Shown here: positions 1-8,108 of the stretch, one piece after another
How the letters are laid out: the number at the start of each line of letters is the position of its first letter
How positions within the stretch are numbered: the first letter of the stretch is position 1
Source of the DNA: a virus
Lineage: Duplodnaviria > Caudoviricetes
Virus record (IMG/VR): IMGVR_UViG_3300036798_000432
Coordinates: 1-58,643 of that record
Reading direction: 5' to 3' (one strand)
DNA length: 58,643 bases
Translations under genes and position numbers: made by a program
Notes under the pieces: generated by a model
What the model was told of the DNA's origin: nothing
What the model saw: the letters and a program-made list of their open reading frames with translations, nothing else
Database searches by the model: none

Positions 1-152
1 CCGAGCTGACGCCGGCCTTTGCGGACGGGAATTACATCTCGAACGATTGGGGCCAGCAGTCCAATGGTCAAGGTTATCTGGAAGCCATCGCCGGGACCGG
101 AAGACCCGATCTTCAACGAAGGTCCGCGGAGCTACTCGCCACATTGGGGCCG
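1..152. repeat. Terminal direct repeat, left copy (circular contig overlap)
   Basis: 27-152 is identical to 58518-58643. 1-26 aligns to 58492-58517 with 6 mismatches, all synonymous in the spanning ORF. Confidence 0.95.
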
Positions 153-344
153 CGCGTATCTCAAGTCGAAGAAGAATTCGCCCGTACCCACGGGTGGACC
201 CCAGACCGGGCAACCCGGATCTGGGAGCAAAGTCCCCAAATCCAGCGATACGGAAACACCGTAGTGCCGGCACCGCCGCGGCCGTGGGCCGGTGGGCGGC
301 CGCCGGCGTTGGTGCCGGTCGATCACGATCCGTTCGCGCCGTGA
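3..344 (+). CDS. C-terminal part of the ~724-aa protein that starts at 56661 and crosses the contig junction
   Basis: Same frame as the ORF open at the window end (ELTPAFADGNYISNDW...). Ends PPALVPVDHDPFAP*. Confidence 0.85.
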   Translation, partial: ELTPAFADGNYISNDWGQQSNGQGYLEAIAGTGRPDLQRRSAELLATLGPRVSQVEEEFARTHGWTPDRATRIWEQSPQIQRYGNTVVPAPPRPWAGGRPPALVPVDHDPFAP

Positions 345-360
345 TCTGCCGATCGGGAAT

Positions 361-387
361 AAAACCAGGAATAAATTTCTTGGTTTT
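361..387. promoter_or_regulatory. AT-rich inverted repeat upstream of the sponge-like gene (hairpin or operator)
   Basis: AAAACCAGGAA-TAAAT-TTCTTGGTTTT, an 11-bp stem with one G-U pair, in a GC-rich background. Confidence 0.45.
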
Positions 388-425
388 GATCGTCAGCATG
401 GACGGCTTATCAAGGAATTAGACTG

Positions 426-650
426 ATGGCGCTGCACCCTTCCGTCTTTGAATACCTCACGCCCTCCGAAGAGCAGCTGACCCAGATGGCCGATGTTCGC
501 GCATACTTTGCCAGCTTCGCGCTATACCTCGACCACGCCCTGCCCGATGGTCCCGACAAGACCTACGTGCTGCGCCAGCTGCGCGACTGCGCGATGTGGG
601 CCAACGTGACGTTGCTGCGCACCGCCGACGGCACCCCGCGGACCCCCTGA
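426..650 (+). CDS. Acb2/Tad1-like helical-hairpin protein (putative cyclic-nucleotide sponge, anti-defence)
   Basis: 74 aa. FEYLTPSEEQ...VR...LPDGPDKTYVLRQLRDCAMWAN fits the F-x-Y-x-x-P...P-x-x-x-(E/D)K...MWAN pattern of this family as I recall it. Confidence 0.65.
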   Translation: MALHPSVFEYLTPSEEQLTQMADVRAYFASFALYLDHALPDGPDKTYVLRQLRDCAMWANVTLLRTADGTPRTP

Positions 651-677
651 GTTAACCGCCGCATGCGGAGCTGAGTG

Positions 678-941
678 ATGGCGATCAAGGCCGAAGAGCT
701 GGCGCTGATGGCCGAGGGCAAGGGCTGCCTCGGCAAGGCGGCCGACGACGAGCCGCTGTTTATCCTGCGGGCCAAGGACCCGGCGGCCGCCTTTATCGTG
801 CGGGTGTGGTGTCAGCTCGCCTGGCAGGCCGAATTGCACGAACCGGAGAAGATCGAGGACGCCAAGGTGCTGGCCGATCGGATGGAGGCCTGGCGTATGC
901 GGAATGTTACCGCGGCGCCGCTGCCCTGGAAGAAGGGCTAG
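678..941 (+). CDS. Conserved small phage protein (DEPxFxLRAxD motif)
   Basis: GGAG SD. DDEPLFILRAKDPAA...W...KIEDA...M..W is a recurrent phage hypothetical pattern. Confidence 0.75.
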   Translation: MAIKAEELALMAEGKGCLGKAADDEPLFILRAKDPAAAFIVRVWCQLAWQAELHEPEKIEDAKVLADRMEAWRMRNVTAAPLPWKKG

Positions 942-1240
942 GGCTTCTCCGGCGAATAGCCCCAGTCGACCGGGTCCTTTTCGCTGCCTGGAGTCCGCAT
1001 CGGCGGGGTCGGCTTCCAGCCCGGCGGGATCGGCGGCGGCCACTCGGGCTCGCGGATCACGACGCCACCCTCGCCGCGCACCCGCTCGCCCGTCAGCACG
1101 TCGAACCCGGACCAGTGGCTCGGGACGGTTGGCTCGCCGATGTGGCGCCACAGCGCGATGATCGACCGGCGCTGCTGGTACTCGTCCCAGGTTTCCGGGC
1201 GATCGTCGGGGCGAAGCGGGATTGGAGGAGGTAGAGCCAT
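938..1240 (-). CDS. Hypothetical Pro/Trp-rich protein, antisense within the portal-splitting cassette
   Basis: ATG at 1240 (MALPPPIPLRPDDRPETWDEY...). Fills the gap, and its stop overlaps the stop of 678..941. Confidence 0.55.
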   Translation of the reverse strand: MALPPPIPLRPDDRPETWDEYQQRRSIIALWRHIGEPTVPSHWSGFDVLTGERVRGEGGVVIREPEWPPPIPPGWKPTPPMRTPGSEKDPVDWGYSPEKP

Positions 1241-1257
1241 GGTCAGAAGGGTAGCCC

Positions 1258-2193
1258 GTGTCTGACCAGAGGAGCAATGTCGTCGGGTTTCCAGGTGGCG
1301 GCACCGTGCCGCCGGGGCCGGCCGGTGGGCCGCCTCCGGGGGTTGGGGGAACGCCTGCCCCACCGGGAACGACCGGGCCGCCCATTCGGCCAGGTCCGCC
1401 ACCGCCGGGCCCTGGGGGGCCTGCTTCAGGGCCCGGCGGGGCATCACCAGTCCCTGGCGGTCCGGCGCCGGGGGGTGCAGCGCCCGGACCGGGGCCGGTG
1501 GCGGCGCCGGGTATGACGCTCAACCCGGCTTTTATGCAATGGCAGCAAATGAGCCAGGCCTGGCACGCCGAAAACAACCGGCGCCGCCAGCAATTCCTGC
1601 AGGCGTGTCACACCCTGCGCCACGATGTGCGGACCGGCTACAAGATCGACATCGAAGCCGATTCGACGATCGCCCCCGATGAGCAGGCGGAAAAGCAGGC
1701 ACGCACCGAATTCCTGCAGTCGATCATGCCGATGCTGCAGATGATCATCCCGGAGGTGCAGAATAATCCGCAGGTCGCCCAGCTGGCGGCGGCACTGGTG
1801 ATGTTCGGGGTGCGGGCGTTCCCGGCGGCGCGCGGGCTCGAGGACACGTTTCTCCAGGCCTTTGCCGCGCTGGCGCAGGCGCCGCCGCAGCCCAATCAGG
1901 GGCAGGGCAAAGGCAACACCAAGTCGCCGATGGAGATCATGACCGAGGCGAAGACCGCGCAGGGTGATCAGCAGATCGATGCCGCAAAGGTCCAGGCTGA
2001 TCAGCAGAAAAACTCGATCGAGTTGATGAAGGCCTACATCGCGGCCCAGGGCGATCGGGCGAAATTGGCGCAGGAAGGCCAGCTCCGCGCCGCCGAGCTC
2101 GCGCAGCAGGGTCAGGAGATCCAGGACCGGTCGGCGCTCGAAGCGGCGCGGACCAGCCATTTGATGGCTCGCGACACCGCCGGATTGGTTTAA
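1258..2193 (+). CDS. Portal protein, C-terminal fragment (split portal, part 2)
   Basis: After a Pro/Gly tract, YKIDIEADSTIAPDEQAEKQARTEFL...FGVRAFPAARGLE and a Gln-rich coiled coil match the crown/barrel end of P22-like podophage portals. GTG start with AGAAGGG SD. An in-frame TAG lies at 1252. Confidence 0.8.
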   Translation: MSDQRSNVVGFPGGGTVPPGPAGGPPPGVGGTPAPPGTTGPPIRPGPPPPGPGGPASGPGGASPVPGGPAPGGAAPGPGPVAAPGMTLNPAFMQWQQMSQAWHAENNRRRQQFLQACHTLRHDVRTGYKIDIEADSTIAPDEQAEKQARTEFLQSIMPMLQMIIPEVQNNPQVAQLAAALVMFGVRAFPAARGLEDTFLQAFAALAQAPPQPNQGQGKGNTKSPMEIMTEAKTAQGDQQIDAAKVQADQQKNSIELMKAYIAAQGDRAKLAQEGQLRAAELAQQGQEIQDRSALEAARTSHLMARDTAGLV

Positions 2194-2223
2194 AAGAGCC
2201 CGTCTACATTCAAGTATGCCGGC

Positions 2224-3073
2224 CCGGGGATCCCCCTGACCGGCAGAGGGTAGGGTGTATCTGCAGGCCCCTGCAGGTGCAGGGTTGGGAGCGAACCGCG
2301 CGAGGGGCCTCGCGCTTTCCGCCAAAAAAGGAGTTCTGTGGTATGCCGTTTGTCGAAGGCTATTTGGACGAGAAGTGGATCATGGGAGGGCCAGGGCGCC
2401 CGACTCACCCGATCGCGCCCGGTGGTGGTGAGCCAGCGCACCCGATCGTGCTGCCGCCGGGGCCGGTCGATCCTGGTTATGGCGTGCCTTTGCCGCCAGT
2501 GGTGTCGCATCCGATCCCGCCATCGGTCTGGCCGCCTCAGCCCGGAAGTCCGCCGACCTATCCGGTTGACCCTGACTACGGGCTGCCGGTACCACCGACC
2601 GTGTGGCCGCAGCCGCCAAGGCCGCCCGGTCCCGATCAAGGCCTGCCGCCGATCCCGGTTTCGCCGGAGCATCCGATCTATTATCCACCGGAAGGCCAGC
2701 CGCCCGAGCTGCCGCCGGGGAGCGTGTGGCCCCCGCTGCCGCCGTCGGTGACGGGTATCATTACAGCCTTCATCTGGATTGTTGGCGTCGGCTATCGCTG
2801 GACCACGATCGATACCAGCCTCAAGCCCGTGCATCCGATCGTCATTCCACCGTCGAACGTGCCGGGGGTGCCAACGCACCCGATCGCACCAGGCGGGGGC
2901 ACCCCGACCCGTCCGATGGACCCGGGCGGCCAACCGACACCGACCGGTCGCCGAGGGTAAGTAATCGAGGGCTGAACTCTGGCGGCGGACCGGCAGATAT
3001 GAGGCCCTGGGGAGTAGAGCCCGGTCCGTCTAGGCAAACGCTCCCAAGCCGGTGATCCCCGGTCGAGCAGGGG
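2224..3073 (+). ncRNA. Putative large RNA structure formed by the two flanks of the 2343..2960 ORF
   Basis: Pairings: 2224-2232/3054-3062, 2239-2244/3048-3053, 2285-2293/3039-3047, 2319-2324/2980-2985 and 2331-2336/2974-2979, plus local hairpins. Confidence 0.5.
2343..2960 (+). CDS. Proline-rich protein with repeated P-x-HPI and PVDPxYG motifs
   Basis: AAGGAG SD before ATG 2343. Seven HPI motifs, then an FIWIVGVGYRWTTID segment. Confidence 0.8.
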   Translation: MPFVEGYLDEKWIMGGPGRPTHPIAPGGGEPAHPIVLPPGPVDPGYGVPLPPVVSHPIPPSVWPPQPGSPPTYPVDPDYGLPVPPTVWPQPPRPPGPDQGLPPIPVSPEHPIYYPPEGQPPELPPGSVWPPLPPSVTGIITAFIWIVGVGYRWTTIDTSLKPVHPIVIPPSNVPGVPTHPIAPGGGTPTRPMDPGGQPTPTGRRG

Positions 3074-3119
3074 TGGAAGGCCCCGCGTCTATTCGGTGGA
3101 AGAAAACCAGGAGAAAGCG

Positions 3120-3494
3120 ATGGCATTCCGGCGACGCTGGGTGGTGCGCGACGGCCGGCTGGTCGAGCTCGATCTCGAGGCGCCCTTGCCGCCGCCGGTG
3201 GCGCCGATGATACGCAGCGATATCAGTCCTTATCGCTCGGTGAAGACCGGGGAGATGATCACCGGTCGGGCGCAGCACCGCGAGCACCTGCAGCGGCACG
3301 GAATGATCGAGGTCGGTAACGAGCGCGCGCCGTTCTTCAACCGGCCGGCCGCCGGGCCGCCGCCGGGTGACATCGCCAGCGACATCAAGCAGCAATTGGC
3401 GCGCGATCCGGTGGAGCGGCGGAGCGAGGCGACCCGGGTGCTCAACCAGGCCGGCTATTCTGGACCGCAGGTGGAGCGCATCCTAAAATCCTGA
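3120..3494 (+). CDS. Conserved head-module protein of unknown function
   Basis: AGGAG SD. SDISPYRSVKTGEMITGRAQHREHLQRHGMIEVGNE is a motif often found between portal and scaffold genes. Confidence 0.8.
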   Translation: MAFRRRWVVRDGRLVELDLEAPLPPPVAPMIRSDISPYRSVKTGEMITGRAQHREHLQRHGMIEVGNERAPFFNRPAAGPPPGDIASDIKQQLARDPVERRSEATRVLNQAGYSGPQVERILKS

Positions 3495-3495
3495 G

Positions 3496-4155
3496 GTGCC
3501 CGCCAGTCTGATCATCCCGGTTGTTGTCCCGGCGCTAGCCGAGAAGCGCTGGAAGATCCGCCTGCGGGTCGACGCGGATCAGACGGCCTGGACCGAGTGC
3601 GAGAATTTTGCCGAGCTGACCCGGGCGGTCGGCCAGGCGCGCGAAATGTCGCCGGACGCCGAGCTCTACATCACCGCACCGAGCGAGGCTGCGTTGGATC
3701 ACGAGCTCCGGGTGGCGGCCGGAATGATCATGTTTGACGCGAGCGATCCGGCCTGGCCCGGGCCGCCGCTCGGCGATGTGTTCTTTGGCGGGCTGCGCAA
3801 CCTCGATCATCTCTATGCGCGGCTAAAGGGGGCGCGGATCAGCATCGAGGCCGGAATGGCGGCTGAGAATGCGGCAGTGTGTGTACTGAAGCGCATGGGT
3901 CTGCTCGAGCCGCCGCGTCCGGTGCGGGTGATCCAGCCGCCGGCATTGCCCAGGCCGCGCAAGGCGCGCAAGCCGCGCGAGACGAAGCCGCGCGAGACGG
4001 CGGCGGCCAAGATGCGCCGGCTGTGGGAGCGTGAGCGCCGCCGGAAGCTGCTGAACCGGGTCAAGGACGAGAGCGGTCCGCGGGATCAGTGGTTGAGCTA
4101 CGGCCCGACGGACTGGGACAATTTTGCGCCGATCAAACCGCGAAAACGCCGCTAA
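3496..4155 (+). CDS. Hypothetical protein with basic C-terminus
   Basis: 219-aa ORF abutting the upstream gene, with GC3-rich codons. Confidence 0.65.
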   Translation: MPASLIIPVVVPALAEKRWKIRLRVDADQTAWTECENFAELTRAVGQAREMSPDAELYITAPSEAALDHELRVAAGMIMFDASDPAWPGPPLGDVFFGGLRNLDHLYARLKGARISIEAGMAAENAAVCVLKRMGLLEPPRPVRVIQPPALPRPRKARKPRETKPRETAAAKMRRLWERERRRKLLNRVKDESGPRDQWLSYGPTDWDNFAPIKPRKRR

Positions 4156-4462
4156 CTCGTTGATCTAGCAGCGATCGCAACGCCATTGCGGCGGATTGCG
4201 GTTACTGTGCGATTTCGATCGCAACGCGTTGCGGCCGCTAGAGCCCCTGCGGGACAAGCTGGTTGGGGTCGTTGCGATCAGGTCCAATGACAAGGGCTGT
4301 CGGGATGGCCATCAGGCGGCCTCCAGCGCGGCCTATAGACGATTAATGATTGAGTGCGCACCGGCCGCCACAAGCGGCGAGTTTATGAACAAATCGCGTG
4401 GTGAACCCACCCGATTTTGTTCATGAACAGGCGTTCTCAGTGAACGCAGAGTGAACGCCGCG

Positions 4463-4678
4463 ATGCCCTGTGAATTTTGCCGCGGCCGCCGCTGGCTGCC
4501 GCCGTGTCCAGCCTGTGGCGGGTGTGCCATCGGCTCGTGCTGCGAAGGTGCGGTCGGCGGACCGTACGAAGTGGGCAATCTGGGGACAGCCAATGAAAAC
4601 CGTCGTGATGCGGCGCAGCGACCGCGAAAAGAAGGACGCTACGGAGAATTACGCGGTCCCGTTTCAGCCGCAGGCTGA
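4463..4678 (+). CDS. Small Cys-rich hypothetical protein
   Basis: CEFC...CPACGGC...CCEG. Overlaps the next gene by 86 nt, so uncertain. Confidence 0.35.
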   Translation: MPCEFCRGRRWLPPCPACGGCAIGSCCEGAVGGPYEVGNLGTANENRRDAAQRPRKEGRYGELRGPVSAAG

Positions 4679-4997
4679 GGACTATCACCACGGGCTGATG
4701 ATCAACCTCGACGACGACTGTCTGCGCAAGCTCGGGATCGACGAGATGCCCAAGCCCGGCGACCATTTCCGCATCGAGGGCGAGGCACACGTGATGGAGT
4801 CGGCGCAGCGCGATACCGACAAGAGTTCCGACCGCCGGGTCGAGATGGTCCTGCACAAGCTCGGCGCCGAAAAGCAGGGCGGCGGGGACAAACCGGAGAA
4901 GTCGATTCGCGACGAGCTCGAGGACGCCCATCACCGGGCGAGGGGGACCTCGAGCCCGTCGATCGGGGCCCGTGCCAATGGGCGCGCGGGCGGCTAG
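4593..4997 (+). CDS. Capsid staple/cement-like head protein
   Basis: YHHGLMINLDDDCLRKLGIDEMPKPGD...RVEMVL resembles the podophage capsid-staple family. Lies just before the scaffold. Confidence 0.6.
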   Translation: MKTVVMRRSDREKKDATENYAVPFQPQAEDYHHGLMINLDDDCLRKLGIDEMPKPGDHFRIEGEAHVMESAQRDTDKSSDRRVEMVLHKLGAEKQGGGDKPEKSIRDELEDAHHRARGTSSPSIGARANGRAGG

Positions 4998-5013
4998 CTA
5001 ACAGGAGAGCGCT

Positions 5014-6258
5014 ATGCCAGACGAGGATACCAAGACACTACCGGAGACCGGCAATACGCCGAGCGATCTACGGACGATGATCGCCGACACTCTGCGCGAC
5101 GCCAAGGAGGCGGACGCGGCTGCACCGGCGGCACCAGCTGCAGGCGGCTTGTTCGAGGGCCGGACCGCGGTCGGAAGCGCCGCGGCGGGAAGCGGCGAGC
5201 CGCCGCCGAAGTCCGGTGAAGGCGAAGACAAGGACAAGGACAAGGACAAGAGTGGTGAGCCCGGGGCAGCTCCGGCACCTGGTCCGACCGAGCCGGCCGA
5301 GCGTGAGCCGACCGGGCCGGCGGCCGCACCGCAGCACTGGGCGGCCGAGGACAAGGCGACCTTTGAGGGATTGCCGACGGCCGCCAAGGGGCCTTTCCTC
5401 AATCTCTACAAGCGGATGGAGAAGGGGTTCCAGCCGCGGCTCGAAAAGCTGGCGACCCTCGAGAAGGATCTGCCGGCGATGCAGGAGCGGGTCCAGACCT
5501 ATGACCGCGACTATTCGGAGATCGACCGGGCATTTGCCCCGCACCGCGAAAAACTGCGTTCGCAGGGCCGCGGTCCGAAGGAGATTCTGCAAATTTGGTA
5601 CAATACCGAAGCCGGGCTCGCCAATCCCGAGCAGCGCGACGCGGTGGTCGCCAACATTATCGCCGGCTACCAGTGCGATCCATTCAAGATCGCCGAGCAT
5701 CTGAATGCCAGGCGGGGTTTTGCTCCGCAGCCCCCGGGTGGCGACGGGGGTGGGCAGCCGCAGCCGCAGATGCGCAGCCAGATCGATCCGGCGCTGGAGG
5801 CGCGGTTTAGCGCCCTGGAGAACGCCGAGCGTAATCGCGTCGAGACGATCGTGCGCGACAACATGGACAACGCCAAACGCATCTATGAGGACTTCGCCAA
5901 CGCCAAAGGGGCTGATGGCGAGCTCCTTCATCCCGAACTCGTGGCGCTGGAGCCCCTGATGACCGCTTTTGCCGATGTCGACCGCAAGGCCGGCAAGCAG
6001 ATCGATCTGCAGGACCTCTACACCCGAGCCGAATGGGCCACTCCCTCAACCCGTGACCGTCTCCTCGAAAGGCAGGGCGCCGACGAGCAGAGAAAAGCGG
6101 CAGACGAGCGGAAGGCCAAAGCCGAAGCCGCACGACGGGCTTCCTCGAGCGTCACTGGTTCCCCTGGACCCGGTGCAGCGCCGCAGGATCTCGGCGCGCC
6201 GGACCGATCCATCCGTGATGAAATCCGGGCCCAAATGAACGGCGGGCGCCGCAGCTAG
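5014..6258 (+). CDS. Head scaffolding protein
   Basis: Acidic disordered N-terminus, APQHW...F..LP motif, coiled coils, DLQDLY..A.WA.P..R. Directly upstream of the MCP. Confidence 0.85.
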   Translation: MPDEDTKTLPETGNTPSDLRTMIADTLRDAKEADAAAPAAPAAGGLFEGRTAVGSAAAGSGEPPPKSGEGEDKDKDKDKSGEPGAAPAPGPTEPAEREPTGPAAAPQHWAAEDKATFEGLPTAAKGPFLNLYKRMEKGFQPRLEKLATLEKDLPAMQERVQTYDRDYSEIDRAFAPHREKLRSQGRGPKEILQIWYNTEAGLANPEQRDAVVANIIAGYQCDPFKIAEHLNARRGFAPQPPGGDGGGQPQPQMRSQIDPALEARFSALENAERNRVETIVRDNMDNAKRIYEDFANAKGADGELLHPELVALEPLMTAFADVDRKAGKQIDLQDLYTRAEWATPSTRDRLLERQGADEQRKAADERKAKAEAARRASSSVTGSPGPGAAPQDLGAPDRSIRDEIRAQMNGGRRS

Positions 6259-6303
6259 CACCGCTCGCCTTAGGGCCCTTTCAGCAACCCAGGGGAGAAA
6301 GGC

Positions 6304-7335
6304 ATGCCCTCACCGAACCCGAATTGGGGTGAAATTACGACAACCACGTTGTTCAATCGGAGCCGAAAACTCGCAGACAATGTGACGAAGAACAACGCCA
6401 TCCTGGCAAGACTGTCGCAAAGGAACAAAGTCAAGCCTGTCGACGGCGGTCAGGCGATCGTGCAGGAGCTCGAATACAGCGAGAACGGGACCTATAAAAG
6501 GTACACCGGCTATGACATTTTGAATGTCTCGCCGTCGGATGTATTCACCGCCGCACAGTACCCGTGGGCACAGGCCGCTGTCGCGGTCAGCATCAGCGGT
6601 CTCGAGGAATTGCAGAACAGCGGCGAAGAGCGGATGATCGATCTGCTCGAGTCGCGCATCGGCAATGCCGAGAGGACGATGACCAACGGGATCTCGGGCG
6701 ACTGCTACGGCAACGGCACCTTGGACGGCGGCAAGCAGATCGGTGGTCTGCAATTGCTGGTCGCCGATGTGCAGACTGCCGGGGTGGTCGGTGGTATCGA
6801 TCGCGGGTTGTGGCCGTTTTGGCGGGCCTACATTGGTTCCTTCTCGGCGGCGGCAATAACTCCGGGAACAGCCACCATCCAAACCATGATGAACCGCCAA
6901 TGGTTAAATCAAGTCCGTGGGACCGATAGACCAGACCTAATAATAGCTGACAACGCTTACTTCAGTTTCTACTGGGAAAGCTTGCAAGCTATTCAGCGTA
7001 TCACCCAGGCTAACGAAGGAATGGCTGGTTTCCAGACGCTGAAATTTATGGACGCCGACGTTGTATTTGACGGCGGCTTCCAGGGTGTCGCGGGCGGTTC
7101 GGGGACGACGATCGGAGGGGGGATCACCTGGGCGACCCCGAGTGGTGCTCCGTCCAATCACATGTATTTCCTGAACACCGACTATATATTCCTGCGTCCG
7201 CATCGTGAACGGAACATGGTGCCGCTCAATCCCGACCGGTTCACGGTCAACCAAGACGCAATGGTCAAGTTGGTGGGGTGGGCCGGCAACATGACGATGA
7301 GCAACGCGTTCTTGCAAGGTGTGCTCATCAACTAG
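6304..7335 (+). CDS. Major capsid protein (HK97 fold, podovirus type)
   Basis: ITTTTLFNRSRKLADNVTKNNAIL, GGQAIVQELEY, SISGLEELQNSG, YFLNTDYIFLRPH, NQDA...WAGNMTMSN. Confidence 0.95.
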   Translation: MPSPNPNWGEITTTTLFNRSRKLADNVTKNNAILARLSQRNKVKPVDGGQAIVQELEYSENGTYKRYTGYDILNVSPSDVFTAAQYPWAQAAVAVSISGLEELQNSGEERMIDLLESRIGNAERTMTNGISGDCYGNGTLDGGKQIGGLQLLVADVQTAGVVGGIDRGLWPFWRAYIGSFSAAAITPGTATIQTMMNRQWLNQVRGTDRPDLIIADNAYFSFYWESLQAIQRITQANEGMAGFQTLKFMDADVVFDGGFQGVAGGSGTTIGGGITWATPSGAPSNHMYFLNTDYIFLRPHRERNMVPLNPDRFTVNQDAMVKLVGWAGNMTMSNAFLQGVLIN

Positions 7336-7371
7336 CCGGTCGTCGTGCTAACGCTTAGAGCGGAGTGAGAA

Positions 7372-7860
7372 ATGTCTTGGTCAATACAAGATGACTTGAT
7401 CGGCATGCCGCCGATCACGACTGTGGATGCCGCGCCGCGGGTGGCGCCCGGCATGATTGCGCATGCTGTCGATCCGGTGCTCGGCGGGGGCGAGTTTCTC
7501 TACCTCCCGGGGGTGGTCAATACGGTTGTCGGGTCGCTGGTGACTTACAACCAGGCGGCGCCGTCGACCACCTTGGCGGCGACCGGGGCGCAAAACGGCA
7601 ACCCGGTGGCGGTCGCCATGGCCGCGGTCGGGGCCGGGCAGTGGGGCTGGTTTCAGGTCACCGGCCAGGCCAAGATCGCCAAAACCGCGGTGGCGATCTC
7701 GCTGGGAGCCGCGCTGGCGATCAGCGCCACCGGCGGCCAGGTCGCTGCGGCCGGCACACCTGGTGCCGCCGGCTCGCTCGATGCTGCACTCTGCTCGGCT
7801 GCGGCACTGGCGGGCGATGCCACGGTGTCGGCGCAGATCTCGCGCCCGGCGCTCAACTAA
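7372..7860 (+). CDS. Capsid decoration/minor head protein
   Basis: GGGEFLYLPG...AVAMAA...QWGWFQVTG. Directly follows the MCP. Confidence 0.75.
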   Translation: MSWSIQDDLIGMPPITTVDAAPRVAPGMIAHAVDPVLGGGEFLYLPGVVNTVVGSLVTYNQAAPSTTLAATGAQNGNPVAVAMAAVGAGQWGWFQVTGQAKIAKTAVAISLGAALAISATGGQVAAAGTPGAAGSLDAALCSAAALAGDATVSAQISRPALN

Positions 7861-7871
7861 GGGCGCGCGAC

Positions 7872-8108
7872 ATGCCTGCAACGATGCATGACCTCGTCGG
7901 GGTCAAGATGGCGCCGGCTATGGCGAGACTGCTCGGCACCGACGGGGCAAACGGGGCTCCGGCGCGGATGCTGCAGCATGTCGGAATGCCCTCGCAGCTG
8001 GCGCGGCTGCTCGGCACCGATATGCCGGGCGGCGGCACCAGCGTGCCGATGAGGCAGCTGTGCAATCAAGGTATGCCGTGGGCGCAAGCGCAGCGTTTGG
8101 GGGTGTAG
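7872..8108 (+). CDS. Small protein made of three L-x-x-x-(G/K)M-x-x-x-x-A-x-x-LG repeats
   Basis: VKMAPAMARLLGTD / VGMPSQLARLLGTD / QGMPWAQAQRLGV. Confidence 0.7.
   Translation: MPATMHDLVGVKMAPAMARLLGTDGANGAPARMLQHVGMPSQLARLLGTDMPGGGTSVPMRQLCNQGMPWAQAQRLGV

Noticed and set aside
27-152. Terminal repeat as the biological DTR of the virion DNA
   Set aside because: It lies mid-gene and its length is close to a typical assembler k-mer, so it is more likely a circular-assembly overlap.
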